The notes under the pieces: model-generated
Databases searched by the model: none
Seen by the model: the letters and a program-made list of their open reading frames with translations, nothing else
Told to the model about the DNA's origin: nothing
Source: a virus
Direction: 5' to 3' (one strand)
IMG/VR virus record: IMGVR_UViG_3300035689_000007
Span: 1 to 64,000 of that record
DNA: 64,000 bases
Program-made: the position numbers and the translations under genes
Shown here: positions 28,900 to 40,200 of the stretch, one piece after another
Numbering within the stretch: the stretch's first letter is position 1
Layout: each line of letters begins with the position of its first letter

Positions 28900-29725
28900 T
28901 TATAGCGGCAATGCTACATCGCAATCTCTATACATATATAAACATATTAGTGAGAATACGAACCATCAATGTTATTTGAACAATGGACAAATATCAACAT
29001 TTGATCTATTGGATGATGTTAAACCGGAGGTGTATATAAGCAATTTATCTGTGTTGTCTAGAGATGTAATACAATATATAAGACAAAATCAATATGATAT
29101 GAAACTAATGATAAATATTGATAATGTAAAACTGGGCAATATTCTAGATGTAGAAGAAGTATTAGTAGATGAAAAAATCAATTTTAGATTTTTTGGCAAT
29201 CTGTCTGGAATAAATCCAACAAAAGTTAGAAAAACCAAAATATTTAACTTATTAGACGGTTATGATAGCAATATAGAATCTTCAAAAAAGGTGTGGGATA
29301 AAAAAATAAACCATCTAATTGTTGTAAAGAGTGATGTAGATATAACCAATATTGATCTAGAAAAATTAAAAAACAAGACATTTCATGTTGCTTCATTTGA
29401 AAGCACAGTTGAGATACACACAAATGTAATAGATGCAATCAAGAATCTGTACCACAATTATGATAGCGTAATATTTGCTAATCTAGAATATGGTATACCG
29501 CAACCATTTTTTGATTGCCTATATCAAAACTGTAAAGCTTTTTTTGTTTCCAAAATGTATGGCAAAGAAATAAATAATACGCTAACTAAAATACTAAAAA
29601 TTAATGGCAATTTAAATTTTAATGACGATGACAAAATAGAAGATTTTAATGAGATTTTTGACACTGTGAAACAGAATCATAGTTATGTGCGCCGCGTAAA
29701 CAGTTTGCTTTCACAGGTGTCTTGA
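28880..29725 (+). CDS. Hypothetical protein, possible degenerate GT-B (CgeB/Glyco_trans_1_2-like)
   Basis: GGAG RBS before ATG 28880; KPEVYI and C-terminal VKQNHSYVRRVNSLL resemble the HTYxxR ending. Confidence 0.5.
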   Translation: MKFIVDNYSGNATSQSLYIYKHISENTNHQCYLNNGQISTFDLLDDVKPEVYISNLSVLSRDVIQYIRQNQYDMKLMINIDNVKLGNILDVEEVLVDEKINFRFFGNLSGINPTKVRKTKIFNLLDGYDSNIESSKKVWDKKINHLIVVKSDVDITNIDLEKLKNKTFHVASFESTVEIHTNVIDAIKNLYHNYDSVIFANLEYGIPQPFFDCLYQNCKAFFVSKMYGKEINNTLTKILKINGNLNFNDDDKIEDFNEIFDTVKQNHSYVRRVNSLLSQVS

Positions 29726-29727
29726 AC

Positions 29728-30477
29728 ATGATTAATACAAAGAAAATACAGACTCACGCTTTTTTGTGGTATAAAGATACACATGAATATATATTAACAA
29801 AGTTAGCGAAGGCTGGAATAACTCATTTAAATCTATCACTAGAAAGTGGGAATAAAAATAATAAAACTATCATAACTGCTGCAAAAAAATTGATTCCAAA
29901 TGTAAGGTATATTAAAGTTAGACCTTGTGGTAGTGATCAACTTGGTTTTTATTGTTCAGCAATCAAATATAACAAAACAAAAAAAGATTGGATATTATAT
30001 TGTCACGATAAAAGCAAAACAAAGCAAAAGTGGGTAGATAGTATTTTAGATCCAATATTACAAGATAAAATAAATGATATCATTGTAGATAATAATATTG
30101 GCATAATATCGTCTGGTCATCCAGATTATTTTAAACAATTATGGTCAGAAGAAGATTTAGTTAAACTAGATCATCAAACGTTTTTTCATGACAAAAAATG
30201 CATAGTAGAATGTAGACATACTCTAACTTGGCTCAGAGAGTTACAATACATATTATTTAGAAAACACGGCCTAATGGATAAAGAAAATCTTAATTTTAAC
30301 TTTACTGCTGGAAATATGTTCTTGATAAGAAGAGATGTATTACAGGTGGCTCATTCGTGTATTCATAGTAATTTTTTCCCTAATAATTATAGGGCCGATG
30401 GAGATGTGTCACACGCCCTAGAAAGATTTTATTATTACGTATCGATTTGTATGAAATACAAAAATGAATTTATATAG
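29728..30477 (+). CDS. Rhamnan synthesis protein F (RgpF)-like
   Basis: HAFLWY, G.D..GF, HDKSK, FTAGNMF, DGDVSHALER. Confidence 0.75.
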   Translation: MINTKKIQTHAFLWYKDTHEYILTKLAKAGITHLNLSLESGNKNNKTIITAAKKLIPNVRYIKVRPCGSDQLGFYCSAIKYNKTKKDWILYCHDKSKTKQKWVDSILDPILQDKINDIIVDNNIGIISSGHPDYFKQLWSEEDLVKLDHQTFFHDKKCIVECRHTLTWLRELQYILFRKHGLMDKENLNFNFTAGNMFLIRRDVLQVAHSCIHSNFFPNNYRADGDVSHALERFYYYVSICMKYKNEFI

Positions 30478-30487
30478 GAGATTTTAA

Positions 30488-30928
30488 ATGCATAATTTTG
30501 CTATATGTTTGACTAACGATGACAATGTGGCAAACATTGTATTAAACGTCTTGTACAAAAAAATAAAACAAGAAATTCCCAAGTCAAATATATCTGTATT
30601 TGCTAGCTCACACGGTAATTTCAGTTTTGACTGTGGTATATTTTGCTTATCAGAACTGTGGTATTTTGCTGGAGAAATATTTGTTTTTGATATGGATTCA
30701 ATCGAATATATTAACAATTTACATCAAGACATCAAAATAAATTTTGTGTTTTTTAATCAAAATTTAGATATCAAGAAAATGATGGAATTATTAAACGACA
30801 ATATAGTCAATATTCATCTAGACAGGTCTTCATTAGACAATTTTTCAAGAATAACTGGAAGAAATTCTATAAGTCTAGATAAGTATATAGAACTATGTAA
30901 GAATATAGAGGTAAAATCAAATGAATGA
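30488..30928 (+). CDS. Hypothetical protein
   Basis: GGAG RBS; ORF within the operon. Confidence 0.7.
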   Translation: MHNFAICLTNDDNVANIVLNVLYKKIKQEIPKSNISVFASSHGNFSFDCGIFCLSELWYFAGEIFVFDMDSIEYINNLHQDIKINFVFFNQNLDIKKMMELLNDNIVNIHLDRSSLDNFSRITGRNSISLDKYIELCKNIEVKSNE

Positions 30929-31688
30929 ACAAAAAATTATCGATATGTACAAAGAGAAAAAAATGAGTACATATGAAATAGCGAAAGCTTTAAATACATA
31001 TCCAAATAAAATACGAAGATTGTTGATCAAACATGGTGTCGAACTAAATGATAAAAGTACGGCACAAAAATTAGCTTTAGAAAAAGGTATAGCCAATATT
31101 CCTACAAAAGGAAAAACCAGAACACGCGAAGAAAAACTAAAAATTAGTAGATCTTTAAAAGACAACTGGGAAAATATAGGCGATAAAGAATATGCAAAAC
31201 GAGTAGAATTAGCTAAAGATAGATGGTCCAAGCTATCACAATCAGCTAAAACAAAAATGAACGAAGCAGCAATACAAGCTATACAAAAAGCTGGCAAGGA
31301 AGGATCTAAACTAGAAAAATTTATACGTAATGAATTATCACAATATGGATATAAGGTAGAATCTCATAAAAAAAATCTTATTCCTAATTACAATCTAGAA
31401 ATCGACATGTACTTTCCAGAGGTCAAGGCTATAATAGAGATAGACGGGCCTTCTCACTTTCTGCCAATTTGGGGTGAAGAAAAATTGAAGAAACAAATCA
31501 AGGCAGATGCAGATAAAACAGGTTTAATATTAAGTAGAGGGCTAGCGATCATAAGAGTAAAAAATCTTTCTGATTCTTTATCATTAGCTTCTCAAGAAAA
31601 CTTAAAAACAAGATTGATAAACATACTAGATAGTATGAAGAATAATTTTCCAAAAGAGTCTGAAAGATATATTGAAATTGAAGTATGA
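30921..31688 (+). CDS. HTH plus DUF559/Vsr-like endonuclease (free-standing homing-endonuclease-like)
   Basis: MSTYEIAKALNT...IRRLL HTH; NUMOD3-like GKTRTREEKLKIS; LEIDMYFP...IEIDGPSHF...D..K. Confidence 0.75.
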   Translation: MNEQKIIDMYKEKKMSTYEIAKALNTYPNKIRRLLIKHGVELNDKSTAQKLALEKGIANIPTKGKTRTREEKLKISRSLKDNWENIGDKEYAKRVELAKDRWSKLSQSAKTKMNEAAIQAIQKAGKEGSKLEKFIRNELSQYGYKVESHKKNLIPNYNLEIDMYFPEVKAIIEIDGPSHFLPIWGEEKLKKQIKADADKTGLILSRGLAIIRVKNLSDSLSLASQENLKTRLINILDSMKNNFPKESERYIEIEV

Positions 31689-32479
31689 AACATATTAAGA
31701 AAGGACTAAACATGATTGCACCAGAAGTAGAAAATTTATTTGAAGGAATGTCGGGCGTAGATTCGGTAGTAGATGTAGACACTTCTGTTAAAAATGTTAT
31801 AAGGGGAGACGAGCCATCTATGCTATCTCCAGAGTGGCATGATTATGCTATGGGATTATTTCATGAAACAGAGTTGTTAGATGGACATCCTCTTGTGAAT
31901 GGTTTAAGAAGGGTAGCAGAATTGGTTTTAGGACCAATTAGATTTAGTGGGCCTACGCAAGTATTCCCAGTACAGCGTGATGATCATCACGGTAGAGCAA
32001 CCGTTATTTTTACTATTGAGTTTGCAAGCGGTTTAAAGTGTGCGGAAGTGGCCGATTCTTGGGAGGGTAACACAGATGATACATTCTGTGCTTACGCTGT
32101 TGCGATTGCAAGCACTAGAGCAGAAGCTAGAGCATTACGAAAAGTACTCAAAATACGCGGCGTGGCAGCGGAAGAATTAACTAAGAAGGATACTGCAAAG
32201 ATAGTACGCGAAATGTCAAATTCTAAGTCATCAAGCACTGGCGACTATGATGATCAAAGTAGGATGAGTGAAGCTCAATATAATTTCATAGATATTAAGT
32301 GTAAGCAACTTAATGTTGATGCACTCAAATTGATGAATGAAGAATTTAAAGTAGATCCAAATAAAAAGGTGTCAAAGAAGGTAGCTAGTGATATTATAGA
32401 TAGGCTGAACGATTATCAGCGTGATAAGAATAGTATTCCAGAAGCTTTACTGGGTTACAATGTAGCGTGGAGAAACTAA
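31685..32479 (+). CDS. Putative Rad52/Sak-like single-strand annealing protein
   Basis: GLRRVAE, beta-rich core, AIASTRAEARALRKVL..VAAEEL, C-terminal SEAQ...AS..ID.L. Alternative start at 31712. Confidence 0.55.
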   Translation: MKHIKKGLNMIAPEVENLFEGMSGVDSVVDVDTSVKNVIRGDEPSMLSPEWHDYAMGLFHETELLDGHPLVNGLRRVAELVLGPIRFSGPTQVFPVQRDDHHGRATVIFTIEFASGLKCAEVADSWEGNTDDTFCAYAVAIASTRAEARALRKVLKIRGVAAEELTKKDTAKIVREMSNSKSSSTGDYDDQSRMSEAQYNFIDIKCKQLNVDALKLMNEEFKVDPNKKVSKKVASDIIDRLNDYQRDKNSIPEALLGYNVAWRN

Positions 32480-32811
32480 TGAAACTAACATATACTACAA
32501 AAAATGGTAGAGTAAAAGTAGAACTAGAGGGTGAATCTCAAAAGGACATTTTTGAGGCAATTAGTAAATTTCAAGAAGTGTTTGATGAAACTAATTGTGG
32601 AAAGTGTCAATCTGAAAATTTACGATTTGTTGTAAGAAACGTAGATGATAATCTATATTACGAACTACGATGTCTAGATTGTGGTGCTAGATTATCTTTC
32701 GGTGTACACAAGAAGGGTGGCGGTTTATTTCCAAAAAGGAAAGATGGAGATAAGTGGCTACCAGATGGCGGTTGGGTAAAGTGGAACTCAAAGACAGAAT
32801 CTATGGAATGA
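32479..32811 (+). CDS. Zinc-ribbon protein
   Basis: CGKC...CLDCGA; ATG overlaps the upstream TAA. Confidence 0.7.
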   Translation: MKLTYTTKNGRVKVELEGESQKDIFEAISKFQEVFDETNCGKCQSENLRFVVRNVDDNLYYELRCLDCGARLSFGVHKKGGGLFPKRKDGDKWLPDGGWVKWNSKTESME

Positions 32812-32824
32812 AGTAGTGAATGAG

Positions 32825-32851
32825 GGGGGTAGGATTACTACCCCCTTTTTT
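32825..32851 (+). terminator. Rho-independent terminator at the convergence of the two arms
   Basis: GGGGGTAG-GATTA-CTACCCCC followed by TTTTTT. Confidence 0.85.
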
Positions 32852-33594
32852 CATAAATAGTCTACTGTGAAATATAATCCATATTGAGTCTTTTCGCCAA
32901 TATCGTTTGGAGAAGAACTTAGTGCCACATACCAATCGTGTCTTAAAAATTCTCCAGTACCACCTTCGTTATAATCCGTGGCAGTCAAACCCAAAGTGGT
33001 GGTTAGATAAGTTTGATACTCTCCAGTAATATCTAATGCCGTTGTATTAAGACCGCTTGGGCCGGGTGAATTTGTTAATGCCATTGGTGTTGGTATACCA
33101 CCAACTGTTGGATCAAATTCTGTCCACACATTTGTATTGGAAGCTCTATGAGATAAATTTGTAGCGGCTTGATTTGTTAGTGGGTGTCTTACTTCATAAA
33201 CAAAAGTGGTTACTCCAACCGCATGATTATTGACAGAAGAACGGTTAAATATTATTATTCTAGGTTGAGATGTTCTTACAGCGGTAGTATGTTCAAATCT
33301 AATATTTAATGTTGCTAGATAATTAGGCAAATTAGCCAAATTAATTGCATTCGCTCCATTTAACTTAACGGTTGTTGTTTCATTAGCTGTATTTATGGGA
33401 TATTGACAATTATTTAATTGGTGACCAATAGCAGTGCCATTACTAGTAGTAATCCACGTTGTAGATTGGGTTTCTCCAATTGGTACTGGAGCAAAAGCTT
33501 GAGAACCAAAAAATCCAATACCACTACCGGCTTGATGATTAATCAAGTCAGGTGTACCATTTAGGACGTTTCCGTAAAACGTAATTGTTGCCAT
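32851..33594 (-). CDS. Putative virion structural protein
   Basis: MA start, GGAGA RBS, Thr/Gly/Asn-rich beta composition, last gene of the tail arm. Confidence 0.65.
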   Translation of the reverse strand: MATITFYGNVLNGTPDLINHQAGSGIGFFGSQAFAPVPIGETQSTTWITTSNGTAIGHQLNNCQYPINTANETTTVKLNGANAINLANLPNYLATLNIRFEHTTAVRTSQPRIIIFNRSSVNNHAVGVTTFVYEVRHPLTNQAATNLSHRASNTNVWTEFDPTVGGIPTPMALTNSPGPSGLNTTALDITGEYQTYLTTTLGLTATDYNEGGTGEFLRHDWYVALSSSPNDIGEKTQYGLYFTVDYL

Positions 33595-33608
33595 ATTTTA
33601 TCTCCGTT

Positions 33609-33634
33609 TAGAGTACTCTATAGTATTATACACA
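33609..33634 (-). promoter_or_regulatory. Candidate late promoter TGTGTATAATA plus 12-bp palindrome TAGAGTACTCTA
   Basis: Motif at 33624-33634 (minus strand), palindrome at 33609-33620, RBS at 33601-33605. Confidence 0.5.
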
Positions 33635-33638
33635 AACT

Positions 33639-36600
33639 TTATGCAATATTAACAATAAAATGGTTGGTTAATTGCGGTCCAGTAGTGTATTCTGGCTCAT
33701 CGTGTAAAACAAACATAATATCATTATGTACGTGAAAATAAAGCTCATATTGACCCTTATATTTAGCGTCTGAATTTCCAGAAATTTGTAAACTGGTAGA
33801 TTTTTTACTATATATACGGTCTTGACCCTCGCCGCTAGAACTGGTTAATCTTGTTCTATTTGATCTTGGTTTTGGTCCAGCATCCCATTCTAAGGCATCA
33901 TAGCACAAACCTTCAGTAAATTTTATATATCTAGATGGGCCACCATTCTTGGGCTTAATAATAAATTGTTTTCCAAGATTTTGTGGAAAATCAGATGGTA
34001 AAAATCCACTGCCCATATATGCATAAGTTAAGTTTTGAGTTACTACTGGATTATAAGAAATATCACCGCCAACCGGCATAGATCCTAAATGTTTAGTAAT
34101 TAAATCTTGAATTCTATATAGTTTTACTATGAATCTATTTGGATTAGCCGATTTATATTGTACTATTACTCCACCGGGTAGTTCAAATTCGTCATCTTCT
34201 GCAAAATTATCAGCCCAAGGATAAGTTTCATTAGGTATAGTGCTATCGGGCATAAGTGTCAATGTTGTCCATTTTACACCTATGACTCTTTTATGATAAA
34301 AATACCCATATTTTGTCACCAATTTGCCTCTACGACTAATATCAATATTCCATAATGGTTCTGTTCTTAATATAGTACTATGATTAATAGTTGCTCCAGC
34401 AGGAACGGTAACACCATCATTTCCATATCCAGATGCTGGCACAGTAGATAGAAATCTAAGATCTACTAAAGCTCCGGCACTAGTACTAGTAGCGTAGGCT
34501 GGAAATGAAGATAGAGTTTGATTTTGATTGGTAAAAGATTTCGTCTCACCATAAGTCGGAACTCTATAATCTACATCTGTTTTAGGTGGAAAGTAATAAA
34601 TATCCTCTTGTGGTAAAGATTCCCATTCATCGCTGTATGGCCTCCTGACGGCGTTAGCGTAATTTGCAACTTTTATTTTTTCTGGACGCTCTACAGCCCT
34701 GTCATACGGACCATTAGATCCGGGAAACGTTGGATTAAAATGTAAACATGTAAAATACTGAGGAATCCACACGGTTTGTTCTTCGGGCCAATAATCCCAA
34801 GCTTGAACGTGTATCGCCGCTGTACCAAACTGATCAATATTATCATTCCCTCTAGTACCCCAAGTTGGGACTACGCCCTCTATTCTTCTTCCGCGATTAT
34901 CTGTACTCCATCCTAAAAGCGCCCCAAGTATTGTAACTTCAATATTTCCACCACCTCCACCGCCGAACCATCTACCTTTCATTCCAAATTGTTCCGTTGT
35001 GTTAAATGTAGCAGTCCAAGAACCGCCACTTCCTTGGTTCATAATTAACCTTGCCGCCGTAATGCCAACACCGTTAGAGCCTCTATATGGAGTATATAAA
35101 GCTAAATCTCCACCCCACATAGTCAATGCCCCAACTGGCGTATTTAAAGGTTCATATTGCACATATAAATCATATGGAAGACATGGCGATATGTTAGTTA
35201 CTCCAGCCCCATTCAAAAAAGACCCTTCTCTATTGAGTAGACCCGCAGGTGGAGATGCAGAACGTCTTGCTAAAGTTTTTTGCGCTAAAATACTACCCTC
35301 TCCATAACGCTGAGTAGAACCTGACTGTTCTAATACTCTATTTAATATAGAAGCAGAAGATGTATTAAATGCCCTAATTACATCGCTTCTACTTACACTG
35401 CCATGTATTCTATCCGGCCACCAAGGCGCGTCGTAGTTAGCCACCGTATCGGAAGCACCAACTAATTCTGCACTCAATAAACTAAATTGTATTGTTAATG
35501 GATCGTTTGGTTGCACAAAACCAGAACCATATACTGGATAATCAGATCTATAATTTGGATAGAATGGATAATTAACATTAGACATGTTTAGATGACCATA
35601 AGGCCAAAAACTTAGGTTAGCTTGTTCTTGATTGAATCTTCTTATTAATTCTACAGAATATTGCGCTAAATTATTTGGCATTGCCGCAAAAGCTGGAACT
35701 TCATTTTTATCTGTAAAATTACATTTCCATCTATTATTAGGTCCAGAGCGTGGAGAGGTTAATCTATTTACCACATTTGTCATTCCTCCGGGGAACATTG
35801 GACCCCAAAATAAAGGATAATATATTTGATCAAATTGTCCACCAGTTTGACCCTGCGGTGGAATTGTAACATTGATTTTATTGAAAAAGGTTAATAATTG
35901 CGATGGAGTAGTAACTTCACCATCGTCACCAACTTCTGCTTGTGTCTCTTGTATTAAATCAAAAACTTCCCAAGGATAATATGGAAATATAGTACCTTCT
36001 ACCCAACTATTGTCATAATTATTACCCACCGGTTCATTGGACATAAATGTAGAATAGGCGTAATAATACTTTTTACGATATAGTTGTATGACTTCTTCTG
36101 GAGTAATTGATGGTCTAGCAATTAAAGGTGGTAAAACCATTGTTCTAAAATACTCATCAGAATCCGCATAAAACTGAGAAAAAATCCATCTTCCCGGCCT
36201 TGGTGGAAGTTGAACAATATTATCAGAAGTATATTTGCCAATTATAAACTCACCATCTATTTTATGTACTGTAACTATTTCTCCGCGCTTGAAACTAATA
36301 TTAGATCTGTTAACTACACGTATAGTTTCCACTTTAGATGATGTTTTACATTTAACAATATGTGGACCAAAGCAGTGTGGATTTTTATTATTCATTCCAA
36401 CAGGAGCCGCCGTACCAGTTGTAAAAGAAGACATTTTGTTTGGAGCATTACGTCCATAAAAATCAGAAGCGGTTCTACCTTGAATATTATTAGTGTCTAA
36501 CGCTATATCAGAAATTTCTACGGGTTCAACATCTGTTAATAATTTAGCTAAAAACGTAGAAGAAGCTTCAAATTTTCCCGTATTTGGATTATAATTTAAG

Positions 36601-37271
36601 TCTAATTCTCCAGCAATGGCGTTTTTAGGATCATGCAAAATATCTCCACCCTCAAACGTTCCGGTTTGTCCAGTTTTATTTGTTAGTGATGCAGAATACG
36701 GAGTACCAGCAACTGTTTTTGGAACTCCTACAAAGCCTATATCAGTTCTAAGACCTAGAGTATTATTGTTAGATTTTTTACTATCAGTTTTATTTTCTTG
36801 TAAGTAAATTTTTATTTTTTGACTTCTATCAGCACTATTATCACCTTCTATATATCCATATTGACTATTATTAATTTCTTCTATAATTCTTTCTGTAGCC
36901 GCGTTCGAATCACTCTCTCTTGATTCTAAAGAAGTATTTTCTACATAAGTAATATATGAATCAATTTGTGAGGTAGTTAAAACATTAGGAACAAATTCAG
37001 ATTGAACCTGTCTATAAAATGTCCAGTTTGATACTCCGCTACCCCAAGGACCACTGCTACTTAAAAATGATAAGAACGAATTAGTATTATTCCATATATT
37101 TACATTTTGTGAGTTTAATGTGTTTTTGTGTGATTGAGCAATTTTATTATTAGTATCTCTTAAAGCATCATAAGATTGTTTGGACAATTTATCAAATCCT
37201 GCCACATTTAACAATCTAGGTATTTCAGCCCAATGTTTTGATGGTGGGTCATATATCCTATTTGAAGCCAT
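33639..37271 (-). CDS. Putative tail/baseplate protein (1210 aa)
   Basis: Long ORF, AAGGAG RBS, tail-module context. Confidence 0.7.
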   Translation of the reverse strand: MASNRIYDPPSKHWAEIPRLLNVAGFDKLSKQSYDALRDTNNKIAQSHKNTLNSQNVNIWNNTNSFLSFLSSSGPWGSGVSNWTFYRQVQSEFVPNVLTTSQIDSYITYVENTSLESRESDSNAATERIIEEINNSQYGYIEGDNSADRSQKIKIYLQENKTDSKKSNNNTLGLRTDIGFVGVPKTVAGTPYSASLTNKTGQTGTFEGGDILHDPKNAIAGELDLNYNPNTGKFEASSTFLAKLLTDVEPVEISDIALDTNNIQGRTASDFYGRNAPNKMSSFTTGTAAPVGMNNKNPHCFGPHIVKCKTSSKVETIRVVNRSNISFKRGEIVTVHKIDGEFIIGKYTSDNIVQLPPRPGRWIFSQFYADSDEYFRTMVLPPLIARPSITPEEVIQLYRKKYYYAYSTFMSNEPVGNNYDNSWVEGTIFPYYPWEVFDLIQETQAEVGDDGEVTTPSQLLTFFNKINVTIPPQGQTGGQFDQIYYPLFWGPMFPGGMTNVVNRLTSPRSGPNNRWKCNFTDKNEVPAFAAMPNNLAQYSVELIRRFNQEQANLSFWPYGHLNMSNVNYPFYPNYRSDYPVYGSGFVQPNDPLTIQFSLLSAELVGASDTVANYDAPWWPDRIHGSVSRSDVIRAFNTSSASILNRVLEQSGSTQRYGEGSILAQKTLARRSASPPAGLLNREGSFLNGAGVTNISPCLPYDLYVQYEPLNTPVGALTMWGGDLALYTPYRGSNGVGITAARLIMNQGSGGSWTATFNTTEQFGMKGRWFGGGGGGNIEVTILGALLGWSTDNRGRRIEGVVPTWGTRGNDNIDQFGTAAIHVQAWDYWPEEQTVWIPQYFTCLHFNPTFPGSNGPYDRAVERPEKIKVANYANAVRRPYSDEWESLPQEDIYYFPPKTDVDYRVPTYGETKSFTNQNQTLSSFPAYATSTSAGALVDLRFLSTVPASGYGNDGVTVPAGATINHSTILRTEPLWNIDISRRGKLVTKYGYFYHKRVIGVKWTTLTLMPDSTIPNETYPWADNFAEDDEFELPGGVIVQYKSANPNRFIVKLYRIQDLITKHLGSMPVGGDISYNPVVTQNLTYAYMGSGFLPSDFPQNLGKQFIIKPKNGGPSRYIKFTEGLCYDALEWDAGPKPRSNRTRLTSSSGEGQDRIYSKKSTSLQISGNSDAKYKGQYELYFHVHNDIMFVLHDEPEYTTGPQLTNHFIVNIA

Positions 37272-37287
37272 AACTTACTCCTTATTT

Positions 37288-40200
37288 TTATCCGTATTGA
37301 GTACCATTTGGTAGTTGTCCATTCTTTATGGTTGGTAAACCATCTCCTCCAGATCTACTATATGGATAAAATATATCAGTAATATTTGCTTGTCCAGTTG
37401 TAGATTCTGATACTCCAGCGTCCACGGGATTGCTAGCAAGAATACTTGCGGCATAAGCCATTTGATCATTTGACATCATACCGCCGTGTACATCTTGTTG
37501 AGAATTAGGGCTTTGATATGCTCCATTAGAATTTGGCGCACTTCCCGGAGAATTAGTTACAGATGCAGTTATCATGGTTCCTACCTGAGAATGTCCCTTT
37601 TCGTGAGAAGAATAAAATCTATTTGCAAAACTTTCAACACTTTGTAATTGATTGATCATCTTAGCAAATGTAACATTAGATTTTTGTCCCTTGCCCATAT
37701 TTCTTCTAATTAAATCGTTTCTTTCATCTGTTATTTTTTGTTTCAGCCTATTTAACTGTTTAATATTATCGGATCTTTGTTTTTGCATTTTACCAAATGA
37801 CGCTGTATATATGTCCATAGAAACTGTTGTGCTAATGCCATCAGAATCTACTTTGGTAGAAATATTAGTAACAAGTGGCCCTAAGTTTAATAAATAAGTT
37901 CCAAGTGTCCAACCAGATGGAGCGGTTGGAATTGTAAATCCACCCCTTTCATTCATTAGTGAAGCACTTGTGCCAAACTCAGCAAGTAATCTACCAGCCT
38001 TATCCATTAAATTATATCCACCATAATTCCAAGGTGCCAGAGATTCATCATGAATAAACTCCATTTTTCCACCAATTTGTTCAAAGTCAGTATAAGCAGA
38101 TAGCCAAGGGCCATAACAACGTTCTACGGAGCGTAACGGTAAAGCTACTAAATCTGGATAAATTGGTGATGGTGAAATAATATTGACTCTATTTGTAAGA
38201 TCGTATGTTAAACCTTGATATGCTTTTTTAATTGCTTCTTTTGCGGCAAATTGTATTCGTCTACCCCTTTCGCCACTTGGCATATACATATAGTCTATTG
38301 CTCTATATTCTCCACCAGTTGTTGGACCGGCGGAATTTAATCCCGGCATACCACGAACGACATCTAATAATAGATAGTGTTTTAAGTTCATTGCGTTTAT
38401 TTGCATATTCATACCATCTCTAAATCTTGTGGTCATAGTAGGAACGGCACGTTCTGGCAAAGTTATTAATGCGTACACATGTTTTGGTTTTTCTTGTTCT
38501 ACATAATCCCAACATTTAGATAAATCCATTTGTTCTAATTCTTGAAATTCAGGACTTTGTGTAACTATTGGATAAATATATAAGTATCTCATTCCATATG
38601 ATTTTACTAATTTACAACCGTCTGCCTCCAATACGTCTTTTGGTTCTGTGGTAATACGATGAAAGTTATATTGATTTCCGTGTAGTTGAGAACTAGCCAT
38701 TATAATAGGAGGAGCAAAATAAAAATCTGGATCTAAGTCAACTTTAATGAACGCACAAGCATTAACTGGAGTAGTTGAGGTGCCACCTATATTTACAACA
38801 TTTTGAAATGCTGGAGCGGTTTCATCTAGTTTATCTGTTGGATTGTTAGAATTTTCCATTACATATGATAAATCTGGAATATAGGCGTTACGTATAGGGT
38901 CTATAAATTGTTGACTATATGAATCTTTAGAAAAAGAAGAAAGACTAATAATATGACTATGATCATATCTTATATATGGTTTTATTCTACCATTATCTGA
39001 TTTTAAGAATTTATTATCTATTGGCTCTAATAATAACGCACTAGGTTTTATACCGGTAGCAAAATAATACCAACCACCCTCTGGTTCTGGATAATAATTA
39101 AATGAGTATTCTTCATTTGCTCGATTAAAACCTATTTTTAGCGCTCCAGCATAACCGGTTGGTTCTGATAATACTAATGCTTCTGGAGGATTCAACATAT
39201 TTTCATTCATAAGTGGAGAAGTATCTATGATACTCGTAGGCATTGTCCACGTTGGAGAATTGGTAGGATCTCTTGGCATAAAACCAAATGGGCCAGAAAC
39301 AATAAATTTTGTAGGTTCCCCAAGGGTATTAATTGTATTGGTTACGATATTTTCTGCGTTGTATCTTTTATTTACTCTTTGTGGAATTTTTACAAGAAAT
39401 TTCTTTCCTAAACATTCGTCAGCAACCTTTTTAATAAAGGCGTATATAGTTTTGACATTTTGTAAGCCCATCCTAGATACTTTATCAGCAACCGCTATAA
39501 TAGAAGCCTGCGCCGTAGTTTGAATTGTAGCCCCCATGCTACTTTCATATGTGGGTTGATTTGGAGAATTAGAAGAATTAGTTCCATATACTTTTCTATT
39601 AGAATTTAAATTATTCAATTGTTTTTGCGCCCTAGCAGAAAATCCAGCAGATCCAGCCATTGGAACCCCGATATTTTTGGCTCTCTGCCAATATAGAGGC
39701 CACCCATACGGTGGACTACATGGATTTAATGGTATGTCGGTTCCAGCAACAAAACCGTCTTCAGACGGGTGTGGTGGAGAAACGCACCTAGGAACAGTAA
39801 TATCATATGTATTTGAAAGCTCTAAAATTTGACCATTTCCCGGTAGAACTTGGGCATAGTACATATCTTGAATATCGCCACCTTCAACAGATTCGTAATA
39901 TTTGTCATTATACATTAGTAAGAATTCTATCCATCTTTCCATAGATATAGAAGCTGCTCTAAGTTCTAACTCTGTGGCGACGTAATATTTTCCAACACCG
40001 TCTGCTAATAACTCTCCAGCATCTAATGTAATTTGCTGATAAGAACCAAAGCCCCTTGGGATAGTAACAGTTTTTGGTGCAAGTGTTCCATAATAAGGTA
40101 GTATTTGTTGATTTAAACTATTGTTTATTTGATGCATACCAAACACCGGAGTAGGTGCTTGATATCTAGTAAAATAATACATTGCAACTTCATCTGCTCC

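Noticed and set aside
23970-30928. Bacterial capsule/LPS locus, implying the contig is cellular
   Set aside because: No flippase, polymerase or export genes; the cluster is continuous with phage replication and tail genes and shares their composition.
909-31782. Short minus-strand ORFs within the plus arm, and alternate-frame ORFs such as 8442..8660 and 17661..17873
   Set aside because: They overlap well-supported genes almost entirely and show no protein motifs.
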